A stretch of DNA of 64,000 nucleotides. Source: a virus. Both the position numbers and the translations under genes were made by a program. The notes below the pieces were generated by a model. That model worked only from the letters and a program-made list of their open reading frames with translations. It had not been told where the DNA came from and searched no databases. Where the stretch lies: IMG/VR virus record IMGVR_UViG_3300042893_000474, positions 29,700 through 93,699 of that record. The stretch is one strand, 5' to 3'. Shown in pieces: positions 9,102 through 20,700 of this stretch (within the stretch, counting starts at the first letter, position 1; every line of letters begins with the position of its first letter).

Positions 9102-10814
9102 ATGGCTATTTCAGCACAACATACTCAATTTGTAACTAGCCCTTATATAAACGCACTTCCTGCTGAAGACCTTATCAAGGTTGCTTTAAAAAAGCAGGAG
9201 ATGTATGATGAAGGTAAAAAACAAATTAAACAGAATCTAGATAACTATGGTAAGTTACGTAGTAATATCATTAATGAAAATGAACGTAACTACTTTGACC
9301 AAGAGTTAAATAAAATGGTAAAGAACGTTCAGCAAAATGCTGGATTGGATTTTTCTAACATGTCAAATGTAGAAGCTGTAATTAACTTAGGTAAGCCTTT
9401 TGAAAACGACAACTACATTAAGACTGCTCTTGATAATGGAACAGAATATCAGCGTCGTCAAAAAGAATTAGCATCTGTACCTAAAGATAAAAGGAATGCA
9501 GACAATGATTTAATTTATATGTACGATATCCAAAAACACATTGAAGGGGGAGGACTTGGACAAAAGTTACAAAAAAATACAAGTTACACTCAGTATGTTG
9601 ATATCAAAAAGAAATTAGCGGATATCGAAAAAGACGTACAAGGTGAGATGTCTACTATATATCGTCAAGGTCCTGCAGGGTACATTGAGAAAGTAGACAT
9701 AGAAAGAAAAACTAGAGAGCAGATTGCTGCTCGTATTTCTCAAAGTCTTACACCAGATGAACAGGCGCAGATTCAAGTGCATGCACAAGCTCAAATGTAT
9801 CGTATGGGTAGTGATGTTGTTTACCAAACTTGGGTAGGAGCAAACAAAGAAGAAGCGTTAATGGCTGAACAAGAATCCAAAAAAGCAATGTATGCTTTAG
9901 GAGATTTGCGAAAGGTTAAGAATCCCACAGCTCAACAACTTTCAGATATTCGAAATGCTGAAAGAGTTATTAAAGAAGCTCAAGACATTAAAGCTGCTAC
10001 TAAAGCTAACATTGATATGGATCCTGATCAGTTTGATATGGGAGAGTATCTTCCTTTCTTTACCAATAGATTTATTTCTGGTATTGCAGGAAACCAAGTT
10101 AAAGAGGTAATTAAGACTGACTTAAAAGAAGATAAAGTTTATTTAAAGAACATGGAGCATCGTCAAACAATGTCAGAGATTTATGCAAGAGGTGCTGAGG
10201 ACAGAAAAAATGCTCAGTTTGAAAATGAACTTGAGTACACAACACAAAGTGGAGCATCTACTAATCTTCTTAAAGGTATTAGTAAAGTAGTAACTAATGT
10301 TACTGGTACTACTGGTTCTGATAGAGTAAATAGTATGATTGCCCAAATTAATGCTAACACTAAATTAGGTGTTACTGTTAAAGAAAGAATGACAAGTCAG
10401 TTAGAAACTTTAAAAAGAACTTACCAATACGCTGAGGCTAATAAAGATAAAGGATATGTGGTTAGCATTAATCGTAGTTTAGGCAATGGTTATGTAACTA
10501 GTGTAGAAGATTTCTTGTCATCTGATCCTGTTCAACTTATTGAAAGTGGAGTTGCTAGTTCTATTGAAGTACGTGCTAAAACAGGAGGTACTGGTAAGTC
10601 AGGCAACAAGACCCCTGAACAGATAGAAGCTGAAGAAGGTGCAAAGACAAGAGGAGAATTAAATGCAAAAGCTAAATTCTTTGAAACCAATCCAGAGTTA
10701 GGTAAAATGCTTTTTGGTAAAACTGGTACTGCTGGTGGAGGAGGTGAAAAAACACCGACTGCAGAAGATTTAAAGAAGACAGCTGAAGCAATCAAAAAGA
10801 AAACTGACAGCTAA
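9102..10814 (+). CDS. crAss-like cargo/ejection protein (helical)
   Basis: 570 aa; N-terminal Y...P.E...KQ..YD pattern; coiled-coil composition; no Cys; lies before the giant genes. Confidence 0.55.
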   Translation: MAISAQHTQFVTSPYINALPAEDLIKVALKKQEMYDEGKKQIKQNLDNYGKLRSNIINENERNYFDQELNKMVKNVQQNAGLDFSNMSNVEAVINLGKPFENDNYIKTALDNGTEYQRRQKELASVPKDKRNADNDLIYMYDIQKHIEGGGLGQKLQKNTSYTQYVDIKKKLADIEKDVQGEMSTIYRQGPAGYIEKVDIERKTREQIAARISQSLTPDEQAQIQVHAQAQMYRMGSDVVYQTWVGANKEEALMAEQESKKAMYALGDLRKVKNPTAQQLSDIRNAERVIKEAQDIKAATKANIDMDPDQFDMGEYLPFFTNRFISGIAGNQVKEVIKTDLKEDKVYLKNMEHRQTMSEIYARGAEDRKNAQFENELEYTTQSGASTNLLKGISKVVTNVTGTTGSDRVNSMIAQINANTKLGVTVKERMTSQLETLKRTYQYAEANKDKGYVVSINRSLGNGYVTSVEDFLSSDPVQLIESGVASSIEVRAKTGGTGKSGNKTPEQIEAEEGAKTRGELNAKAKFFETNPELGKMLFGKTGTAGGGGEKTPTAEDLKKTAEAIKKKTDS

Positions 10815-13800
10815 TGATTTCTCCAGGAACTATACGAGCAGCATCCTTAGTTAGTAAGGGTGTTTCTCCCGAAGCGGCTTTAAGAACCGCTAATAATATT
10901 GATATCTATACTGAGAATAGAAGAAGTTTTTTGGCTTCTAATCCTACTACAAATCAAGTTACTCCTAATACAAGTATTAATGGTAGTAGCACTAGTGCAA
11001 TTCCAAGTACAGTAGTAAATACTCCAACACCTAGCCCAATGGCTAAAGGAGTATCTCTAGGTAACATAAACTCTTCTCTTAGTAACGTAGCAGTTAAAGC
11101 TAGTAAAGATTTTACAAAAGACGAATCAGATGCCATAAGTAAGTTAGCTGCTAGTGTAGAAAATCCTATTAAAAAGAAAGCAATTGTTTTTGGAGACCCT
11201 ACAGCTTTAATAGATGATCAAGCAACTTCTGAGGGGTTAGCTAAACTTAGTCCAAAACAATTAGGACAATTAGGAGCAAATCTTCAATCTACTTTACACC
11301 AAAACTATATTGATAATCTTCCTACTGCTTCAAGTAAACTTAATTTTGTTCCTGATCAATACAAGAATAAGAACTATGAGAAAGAATTAATCAAGAACTT
11401 AGATAAGTTATACATTGATTATAACAGTGGTTTGATGGATTCTCCTACAGTTGCAGGTTTGATGAAGGCAGAGCACACTAAAAGATTAAGTAGTTACCAA
11501 GGACTTGTTAAAGGATTTACAACTTCAAAAGATTTTAATGGGCTGTCAAAGAGCTATGAAGGTTTAATTAGTGAACTAGATCTTCAAGATAAAAATGCTA
11601 CTGATGAATTTGAGAATGCACAAAGACAATACAATCGAGGTAAGTCAGATATAAAACAAACTTCTTTAACTGTAGGGCAAGGTTCTCAAGATTACCAAAG
11701 AAACAAGAATAAATACAAAGCACTAAAAGAAGAACTATCTAGCGTATATAATAAAAGAGCTAATGCTATGTTAGCTAATGAAGTTTTAGACATAATTGAT
11801 ACTAGATATAAAGAAGCTTCAAAGGTTAATCCACAGTTATCTAAAGAAAAGTTTTTTGAGCAACAGCAAAAACAATATGGATTAGATAAGAGTGCATTTG
11901 GACTTGGTCAGATATTAGTAGAATCAGGAAGATTTGAAAGCTATCAAGACTATATTCGTTTCACTAATCCTACTAAATATTCCAAAAAGTCAACTACGGC
12001 AGGAAGAGAACAAGGCTTTACTTTAGAAGATCCTTTTGTAAAAAATAACACAGAAGCTTTAGACCTTAGTAGATCTTATGAAGGAATGTCTAACGTACAA
12101 GGGTACGACCAAACTAGAAATAGAGAAACAGGTAGCTATAAATATAACGATACTAAAGATGATCTTATTTTTACTGGTATCAAATTCGCTCAATCAATTT
12201 CAGAGGAATTAGATAATAGAACTATCAAGTCTATTAAAGAACGTGAGCAGTTAAAGTTACAGTACAATAAAAAAGAGATGCTTGGTACATCTACTAAAGA
12301 AGATAAACAACAATATGAAACTCGACTAGCAGAGTTAGATAGTCAAGTAGAGTATAGTGATTCTTTTAGCAAAACAATTCCAGAAGTATACAAGTACGAC
12401 AAAATAAAAAACAACGGTCTTATAAAAAGTTTTGCAGAGGATCGCAGACTGTTTTTAGATCAACAAAAGAATTGGAATGATCTAAAGAATGCCCCCGTAC
12501 AAACTGCTTGGTATCAAGATGTTGCTTTAAGTATGATGGTAGGCAATTTTGGTAAAACTCAAACAGGAGCTTACTGGAAAGAACTTGGAAATAGAGTGTG
12601 GGGAAAAGCATTAGGCATGGGTGCTGACATTGCAAAGTTTACTGACCAAACAATATTAAATGAAACCTTAGGAGTACCTAAGAGTGCTAGTTATAACGAT
12701 AGGAATCAATTCTACAATTACATGAGGCAACGTTTAGATGTTCCTGAAGTAATTGATGAGAGAGCAAGTTTAATGGCAGGAAAACCAATTACAAGTACAA
12801 CTATTTTTTGGACAGACCCAGCAGCAAGTTGGTACAATCCTACAGGTTGGAACTTTAGTTGGAAAGGTACTTTAATGACAGGTGCAGAAACTTTACCACA
12901 GTTGTATGCTTTTTCTGGAGCAGGTAGAATAGCTCAAAGTTTAGGGGGAGGTGTTTTAAAAGCAGGATTGGCTACTGGTGTTACTACTACACTACTAGGG
13001 CAAGCTAATGCTGCCAGGTTTGCGTTGACTTTACAAAAGACAGGTAGCACAGCCGCTGCTTGGGGGAACACATTTAGAAACAGTAACAATGTTTTCTTAA
13101 AAGAAGCATTGGCTGATCGTATTCCTTCTGCTTTAGGTATGGCTACAGTAATGTACCCAGAACAATACAACAGAACTTTAGAAAGATTAGAAATGCAAGG
13201 TGTGAAGAACGCACGTAGCATTGCTCATAACGTAGCTTTGCTAAGTACAGGTATTGAACTTATTGCTGAAAACTTTGTTCCTAACATCAGATATCTAGAT
13301 GACTTTGCTGAAAAAGGAACTGGCTTTAAAAGTCTTTTAGGAAAACTAGGAGCAAAAAGTTGGATAGGTGACTTTGACCAATACCGTGCATTATACTCTG
13401 GAGTACTTGGAGATAAGTTTTCGGAAAAATCAATTAATTATTTAGCTCGTAACTCTGCAGAACTTTTTGGTAAAGTAGGAGCAGCGGGTAGATTCTATGC
13501 ATCACGTGGTGCAGAGGAAGGTATAGAAGAAGTATTTTCAGAACTTGTTAATGGTGTAATTGACGCTAAGACTAGTTATGCTAATTACCGACAGGAAGCT
13601 CCCAATGAATTAAGTTTTGATAGTATTGTAAATGCTTTTGCTGGAGGATTCTTTGTTCCTTCTGCAGGTGCTAGTAATCAGATGAAAATATACACTGAGA
13701 ATAAAAAATATTCTGCAATGTATGACATGATGATTAACTCGGATTACTACAAGAACAAAATCAATACAGCATTCAAAGCAGGTGAGATTACTCAGGAACA

Positions 13801-16800
13801 GGCTACTAACATGTTAAGTAGGGTTCAAGATTTAGTTTCAGTTGCAGATGAGTTTGGTGTACAAAATTTAAAGAGACAGCCTGATGCTGCTAGATTTACT
13901 GCTGACTTAGTTAATGATGAGGATAAACAGTTTGATTACTTTAAACAAGTACTTAAAGCAAGAGGCATTGAAGAAAAGCTTGGTAAAGATAATGCTGTTA
14001 TAAAAGATGAGGAACGTACTGCATTACTTGCTGAATCTGAAGAAGCGACTAAAAGAATTGATAAGTATAAAAGACAAGTTTCAGTATTTGAGAGTATGTC
14101 TGATACTCAAAAGACTCAGATAGTTAATGATACTATTGCAGCTAAAGTTCAGACTGCTAAGTTTTCATCTAATAGTCAGATTTTATCTGAGTCTATTGAA
14201 AATGCAGATAATCAACTTGCACGTGCTATCCAACAGAAAGCACCAGAGACTCGTATAAGTGCTTTAAAAGAATACCGTAATGCTTTAATACAAGCTTCTG
14301 AGGATAGAGCATCTGCAAAACAAGTTGCTTTAGATAGAGGAACTTACAATCCAGTTATCCAAGCTGTTACTTCTACTGGAGAAGCATCTCCTTTAGATTT
14401 GTCAGAAATCAAAACAGGAGAAGACGCTATAGATGTAGTAGTGCAATCAATGTTAGATCCTGAAAATGGTATGGATATGTATTATCATATTACAGGTCAG
14501 ACACAACAAAGTTTAGAGCAAGTAAAACAAGATAAAGAAAACCTTGTTGACAATTTCTTAGATTACTTAGAGCAGACTGAAGCAGGCCCTACTGTCGATA
14601 ACACAAGAGAAAGTGCACCTACTACTGCTAACACCGCTACTGAAAGAGTTAAATATAAAACTATATCAGATTTGAATGATTCTCAAAAAGATATGTTTGA
14701 GGATTTAGCGGAAAGAATAGATGATGAACTGTTAGATCTACAAACAAAAGTAGAGAAGTATGATTCTGTTTTAACTCAAGTTTTACAGCACGGGGCTATT
14801 AATGCAAATATGTCACTAGAACAACAGGAGAAGTTTAGTGATTTTATATTTAAAAAGTTTGCAGCAGTTAAAAAAGTTGGCTTTAAAACTAATCAAGACA
14901 AAGGTTCAGAGTTATTTGACCTACAAGAGTTTGGTTTATACTTAGGAAGAAATCAAAAAGAAATTGAAAAAGAAATAAATGATATTGATGCGGCAATTAC
15001 GAAAGAAGAGAATGCTCAGAAAGTTGAACGAGAAGAAGTATCTTTAGATGGTTTAGAGAATGTAGATGCTACTGAAGAACTAAAAGTTCCAGAACTTACT
15101 CCAGAAGATATCACTGACTCTTTTACGAGTAACTTAAATCTACTAGAAAATATAGTAGAGCAGCAGCAAGTAGAAGTTGTAGATAACCAGATTACAGGAG
15201 AAGTAGATACTTTAGTTGATTTGCCTAGAGAACGTTCTAGGATCATTAGTGCTTTAATAACAGAGATAGCAATGAACCCTGATATCAAAGGAGCTCAAGC
15301 TATGATGGCTGCAGTAATGCAAGTCTTAGGTAAATCTAATCAAGAGATTGCAAAGACTTTGGCTCAAATGGGAGAGATAGCAGAAAACAAACCAGTCAAT
15401 GAATCTGATTATACGCACATGTTTAATCTGTACCAATTGGCTCGTATGACTGAGAATGTTCCTGCAAGTACAGAAGCAGTTGAAAATGCGGCTGAAGATT
15501 TAACTGAAGCAGAGCCTGTTGTTGTAGAACCGATTATAGAACCTGTAGTTGAAGTTATTCCAACACCTGTTATTACACCTCCTGCTACAGAGAATCAGAA
15601 AGATGAGTTAGCAGATAAGACACAAATATCTTCTACCACTCCTATGTTCAGACCCACTAGTAAAAAAGACTTGGTTAATCTTGTTCATTATGAGATACAA
15701 GAATCAATTATTTTTGGATTGAATAAAGAGATTAGAGACAAGAAGGATGTAAACACTGCTATAGTAGATTTATTTACTATGATAGATGAAGTTCTTGGAG
15801 AAGAAACTCTTGCAGGTTTAGAAAAAGTTTTTAATGAAGCTGCTAGTTTAGCTGTAGGAGAACAAAGGTTACAAGAGTTACGTGCAGAATTTATGTCTTT
15901 GTTTCCAAGTGGATTCTTAAGACAGACTGTACTGGATTATATGTTTGACCAAATTATTGTTAACAAAGTTGCTCAGTCGGATGTTACAGAAAAAGGAAAA
16001 GAAAAGTTAGATGCTAGTGATGAAGAATTAATTGCTCTTAATAAAAACAGAGAAGTATCAATTCAAATGGCAGATGGCCGCAAGTTTACTAAAGTTAAAG
16101 TAGTAAGTAAAGATGGAGTATTATTGTATGCAATAGAGAAAGGAAAAGAAGATGGCAAAACACTTTGGTTAAAAGTAGATAGAACTAAAGATAAAGTTAT
16201 TGGACTTAAGTATCCTATCTTAGGAACTCGACCTATTCAATTTAGTGATTTAAATGCTTTGTTGTTTACTGTACTTGATAATAACGGAAATATTCAGAAG
16301 TATGGAGAAGATGGTAATAGAAATGAATCAGGAGATAAATCTCTAGCATTTTATTTGCCCACCCCTAAGTATAAAGCAGAACCTACGGAAACGCAGAAAC
16401 AGTTCAATGGACTAAGACAAAAGATAGTCGCTGGAGACAGAGTAAAAGTAAATGCTCCTGTTAAAGGTATGTCTGTAAGTAAAGGAGTAGTTACTATTGG
16501 GCAACCTGATGGCTCTACTATAACTAAGAATACAGACTATGCACTTGAATTTAGTACGGAGAACTTATCTGTAAAAGAACAAACTCCAAGTGAGGCTACT
16601 CAATTTACTCAAGCCAAAGAAGCAAAAGTTATAAGTGAGAACATCTCACCAACACAGGCAACAACAATTGCTGCTGTTGAAAAAATGATTGCTGACTCTA
16701 AAAAGATTCCTGATCCAAGTAAAGAAGGTTACCTTATTAATGGGAAGCGTTATGAAAGACAATCTAATTTTGTTAAACGAGCATTAGGAGACAGTAATGT

Positions 16801-17749
16801 TGTTACAGAAGACTCTATCGTTAATATGGAGATGGGTGCAGCTGTAGGTAACTTACTTGATATTATAGGCCGTGACGTACTTGGTGGCAATAAAATAAAC
16901 TCTTTAGCTGATTACATTAAAGAAGCTGAACGTATGGGCAAATCTCTTAAAGGAGGTACTGGGTATAAGATTAACTTTACTCAAGAACAGTTTGACCAAC
17001 TATTAGCAGAACTTACAGAAGTTAAGGAGGAATTAAATTCACAAGGGTGGAAGTTGTTTACTGAAGGATTGATTGTACATCGTGAGTTTACTGAAAAAGA
17101 AAAACAAGAAACTGGCTATGAAGGTGTAGCTGGAGCAATGGATATCTTAGCAGTAGATCCTGAAGGTAAAGTACACATCATTGACTTTAAGAATAAGAAG
17201 TACAGAACTCAAAATAAGTTTACAAGTACTCTGTATAGTTCTAAACAAGGTTATCCTTCTAACGTAAGCAAGTGGTCTATTCAACAAACTACCTACGCTA
17301 TCTTAGGAGAAGACTTTGGATTACCTGTAGATTCAATTAGTATCTTAGCATTTGCATCCGAGTATGCAGAAGCTAATGGTACAGTTACTATTGGTGGATT
17401 AACTCTAGGTAGTAAGAAAGCAGAAGTACTTGACAAGCATAAGAGTCCTGTGTCAACTAGTCTGATTAAACTTGGATTTGATTCTAAGATTATCAAACAT
17501 ATTAAACTGCGTACTGAAAAGCCTTCTAGAGAAATAGCTGTTAAACCTACCGAGGCTACTACTATTGCTGCCGCAGACCAAACAAACTTAGATAAGCTAC
17601 AAGAGAATTTACCACAAATAGCTTCAGAAAATGCTGAAAACGTTTTTGATGTATTAAATTTGTTAGGTATAGAAATGGATACATTAGGAGTAATTCTTCC
17701 AACTGAAGGAAGTACTGACCCTGATGCCCTTAACCCACCCCCATGTTAG
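10814..17749 (+). CDS. giant ejection protein with hydrophobic helices and C-terminal PD-(D/E)xK nuclease domain
   Basis: 2311 aa; Gly/Ala hydrophobic helices and EEGIEE motif in the middle third; GVAGAMDILAVDPEGKVHIIDFKNK...Q...Y nuclease motif; the only Cys is the last residue. Confidence 0.7.
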   Translation: MISPGTIRAASLVSKGVSPEAALRTANNIDIYTENRRSFLASNPTTNQVTPNTSINGSSTSAIPSTVVNTPTPSPMAKGVSLGNINSSLSNVAVKASKDFTKDESDAISKLAASVENPIKKKAIVFGDPTALIDDQATSEGLAKLSPKQLGQLGANLQSTLHQNYIDNLPTASSKLNFVPDQYKNKNYEKELIKNLDKLYIDYNSGLMDSPTVAGLMKAEHTKRLSSYQGLVKGFTTSKDFNGLSKSYEGLISELDLQDKNATDEFENAQRQYNRGKSDIKQTSLTVGQGSQDYQRNKNKYKALKEELSSVYNKRANAMLANEVLDIIDTRYKEASKVNPQLSKEKFFEQQQKQYGLDKSAFGLGQILVESGRFESYQDYIRFTNPTKYSKKSTTAGREQGFTLEDPFVKNNTEALDLSRSYEGMSNVQGYDQTRNRETGSYKYNDTKDDLIFTGIKFAQSISEELDNRTIKSIKEREQLKLQYNKKEMLGTSTKEDKQQYETRLAELDSQVEYSDSFSKTIPEVYKYDKIKNNGLIKSFAEDRRLFLDQQKNWNDLKNAPVQTAWYQDVALSMMVGNFGKTQTGAYWKELGNRVWGKALGMGADIAKFTDQTILNETLGVPKSASYNDRNQFYNYMRQRLDVPEVIDERASLMAGKPITSTTIFWTDPAASWYNPTGWNFSWKGTLMTGAETLPQLYAFSGAGRIAQSLGGGVLKAGLATGVTTTLLGQANAARFALTLQKTGSTAAAWGNTFRNSNNVFLKEALADRIPSALGMATVMYPEQYNRTLERLEMQGVKNARSIAHNVALLSTGIELIAENFVPNIRYLDDFAEKGTGFKSLLGKLGAKSWIGDFDQYRALYSGVLGDKFSEKSINYLARNSAELFGKVGAAGRFYASRGAEEGIEEVFSELVNGVIDAKTSYANYRQEAPNELSFDSIVNAFAGGFFVPSAGASNQMKIYTENKKYSAMYDMMINSDYYKNKINTAFKAGEITQEQATNMLSRVQDLVSVADEFGVQNLKRQPDAARFTADLVNDEDKQFDYFKQVLKARGIEEKLGKDNAVIKDEERTALLAESEEATKRIDKYKRQVSVFESMSDTQKTQIVNDTIAAKVQTAKFSSNSQILSESIENADNQLARAIQQKAPETRISALKEYRNALIQASEDRASAKQVALDRGTYNPVIQAVTSTGEASPLDLSEIKTGEDAIDVVVQSMLDPENGMDMYYHITGQTQQSLEQVKQDKENLVDNFLDYLEQTEAGPTVDNTRESAPTTANTATERVKYKTISDLNDSQKDMFEDLAERIDDELLDLQTKVEKYDSVLTQVLQHGAINANMSLEQQEKFSDFIFKKFAAVKKVGFKTNQDKGSELFDLQEFGLYLGRNQKEIEKEINDIDAAITKEENAQKVEREEVSLDGLENVDATEELKVPELTPEDITDSFTSNLNLLENIVEQQQVEVVDNQITGEVDTLVDLPRERSRIISALITEIAMNPDIKGAQAMMAAVMQVLGKSNQEIAKTLAQMGEIAENKPVNESDYTHMFNLYQLARMTENVPASTEAVENAAEDLTEAEPVVVEPIIEPVVEVIPTPVITPPATENQKDELADKTQISSTTPMFRPTSKKDLVNLVHYEIQESIIFGLNKEIRDKKDVNTAIVDLFTMIDEVLGEETLAGLEKVFNEAASLAVGEQRLQELRAEFMSLFPSGFLRQTVLDYMFDQIIVNKVAQSDVTEKGKEKLDASDEELIALNKNREVSIQMADGRKFTKVKVVSKDGVLLYAIEKGKEDGKTLWLKVDRTKDKVIGLKYPILGTRPIQFSDLNALLFTVLDNNGNIQKYGEDGNRNESGDKSLAFYLPTPKYKAEPTETQKQFNGLRQKIVAGDRVKVNAPVKGMSVSKGVVTIGQPDGSTITKNTDYALEFSTENLSVKEQTPSEATQFTQAKEAKVISENISPTQATTIAAVEKMIADSKKIPDPSKEGYLINGKRYERQSNFVKRALGDSNVVTEDSIVNMEMGAAVGNLLDIIGRDVLGGNKINSLADYIKEAERMGKSLKGGTGYKINFTQEQFDQLLAELTEVKEELNSQGWKLFTEGLIVHREFTEKEKQETGYEGVAGAMDILAVDPEGKVHIIDFKNKKYRTQNKFTSTLYSSKQGYPSNVSKWSIQQTTYAILGEDFGLPVDSISILAFASEYAEANGTVTIGGLTLGSKKAEVLDKHKSPVSTSLIKLGFDSKIIKHIKLRTEKPSREIAVKPTEATTIAAADQTNLDKLQENLPQIASENAENVFDVLNLLGIEMDTLGVILPTEGSTDPDALNPPPC

Positions 17750-17755
17750 TAAAAG

Positions 17756-20700
17756 ATGAACGCCTGTAGTATAAAAGGAACTTCCTACGAAAAAGAGTAC
17801 AGACAGATTTTGTCTGAACCTGCTATGATATTTGTTTGGAATGCAAACAATGAACAACCTTTAGATAAAAAGAAAGTAGGAAATGAGGTAATAGAAAATC
17901 CTCTTTATACTGCTCTACTAAATCACCCAGTAACAAAAGGAGAAAGACAGAATGCACTTAAGTTAGTAGCACAAAGTTTTTTACCTGCATTCACTAGAGA
18001 GTATACTCCTAACGAAGAAGGAGACTACTCTTTAGAACAAGTGGTAAGTTATGTAGAGAAGAGACAGAAACAAGCACAAGATCAAAGAGAGCAGCTAAAG
18101 TCAAGTATTAACTTGCCAACTAGCATGGCAATTAATATTCCAGATGGTGTTATTAATGAAACTGCTCGCCAAATATTCTTTTCAGAAGAACAGGGACAAG
18201 ACATCTATGACACACTTCAGTATTTACTAGGAGTAAAAAAGTCATGGGATGGTGTGTACAGTGAGTTAGTAAATCAACGTAATACTATTTTAGGTAGAGT
18301 AAAAGCAGGACAACACTTTTCTGAAGACCCTGAGAGATTAGCATACAATGAAATCCTTGTACAAAACTTTGATAAGATTAAGTCTTGGTACGATTCTAAA
18401 GAAGGTTTAGTAGGAGAAGCAGAACTTGAGAGTCAGTTTGGAGATTCTGAAGATTGGAAGTCAAAAGATAAATCACAAGCTCAAAGGGCTTCTTCTATTA
18501 TATTAGGATTAGTTACTTCATTACCTGCATACCGTACTGCTATCCCAGGAGAAATAGATTTTGAAACAGGCGAAGAATATCAACAAGTTACACAAGTTCA
18601 AGTTCAATCAACTGTAACAGGACTACCTAAGTCAGGAGACTTCCAAAAGAACTGGAGTTTACTAGGAAGTACATTGTCAGGTATGACTAATTATTCGGAC
18701 ATGTATGAGGCTATTGAAGGTTTATCTAGTAGATATCCTCAGTTTGCTTACTTGTTGAGTAAGATACCGAATGCTAAAATCCCTGGAAGTTTTAAGGATG
18801 TTAGACAATTCTTATTGGCTAGTGAATTTAAAAGAGTATTTAGTGTACCTGAAGTTTCTTCTGTAGTAGTAGACGTTACATTAAAAGAAAACGGTAAGAT
18901 TGCTACAACACAGCAACTAAAAGGATTTCAACCTGTTAGAAATGCAGTAGCTCTTTATGATTCTCAGTACTTTAGTTATAATCAAAAATATTTAGTAAAG
19001 GGTTTAGAAGGAAACGAAGTAAATCTAGAAGGAATTATAGAAGACTTTCAAGGTTTATTTAACGACTTAGGAAGTGCTTTGACTAAGAAAGTTCCTATGC
19101 AGAACTTTTTATTCCCTGCTCGTCTAGATAAGTTTGTACAGTTTTTACAATCAGTTGGACTAGGGCTTAACAATCAAGAGTATCTTAAAAGTACCAACAT
19201 TAATGGGACTAAGGAATTTATCCAAGCAAACTTAGATAAGTTAAAAACTATTTACGAGAAGTTAAAGATTGTTAGCATTGCAAATGAGTATTTAACTGAT
19301 GATGCTAAAATAAAAGTAGATAGACCTCTTTCATTTCTTAGAGATACCATCCAAGAGATTTATGTATCTAAAGGTAAAGTAAGACCTGACGTAGAGGCAG
19401 CATTAGAACAAGCTTTTGCAGATAACAAGTTGCGTTATAAAGGAGGTGTTAAACAAGCTATTGGATACTTGGGAATTAAGAAAACTGAAATTAGTCCTTT
19501 TATTAACTTCTTTACTCAATACGATGCTGAGTTTAGGCCAAGTTCTTATATGAACGCAGCAGACAAGAAAAAGTTTGTAAGAGGCCCATGGTTTTATTTA
19601 ACTCAACAAACAAATGTAATTAACTCAGTAAGCAGTTACGATGAGTTAATCAACATACCAGGTTTTGAAAGATTTGATTATCGTAAGAATCCAGATATTC
19701 TTGGATCACTTTGGTTACAAAGAATGTTTGGGTTACCTAGAACTAAGAATGCTATAGAAGCAAACCCTCTAGGTACTTATGTACGGAAGAAAGATACGTT
19801 AGGTAATCCTATAGAACTTAACATAGCCAATTTTGATGGTATGGAGATTAAAAACTTTGGAGCTAAGTCAGGTAAAACAACTACTGACCAGCATCCAAAT
19901 GATAAAATCTTCCAAGACTTTGCTAGTTTTTTCCAATCTCTTGAGATGGAAAATATTCGTTTTGGTGACAAGACAGCTGCATTTACAGTTCGTGCTTCTA
20001 ATCCAATTCTTTCTGAAAAGATATACGTGGCTTTAAATGCTGCGGAACTTATTACTCCTACGGAAAGATTAGAATCAGAAAAAAGTTTAACCGAGTTATT
20101 CAATGGTTACTTAGCTTCAGAAGCAACAAGAATCATAAAGCTGATAGAAGAAAAAGGTAGAGGTACAACGTATGACAGATTGGGTAAGAATCTCTTTATC
20201 TTTAATGACATTCTTCCTGAAGATACATTAAATAAATTCAAAGACGCTAAAACTAGAGAAGAAGTAATTGCAGCCTACACAGAGGCTACATCAATGATGT
20301 CTACTGTTTTACAAGAGTACTTCTCACAAGAGTCTCAGAAGTTAGTAGACAAGCTAGTAGATACCTTTAGTACTTCTGTAAATATTACAACAGGACAAGA
20401 GGTAACTCAAGCCCAAAGATTAAAACAAACTGTAGAGAAGTTAAATAAACTTAATCTTATAAGTACACAGTTACTGCCTAGTGAGGTTAGAGATAATCCT
20501 CCAAAGATTACAGTAGAAAACTTGCCTTATTTAGCTGAAATCTATTTGAAGAACGGCTTTGTACATAACGTTGAGTTCTTAAAAATGTTTGTTGGGGATT
20601 TATCAAATTTTGATAAAACTAATTTAGACGCTCGTGAGATATTCAAACGTATTCCTTTTACTTCTTCTCCTGGTAATGTGTTCTTTTGGGATGAAGCAGC

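Noticed and set aside
17744-17767. Read-through or split-intein fusion of the giant proteins
   Set aside because: TAG is immediately followed by in-frame TAA, there are no intein N/C-terminal motifs, and the Cys residues are not at position 1 after Met removal; disulfide or metal bridging fits better.
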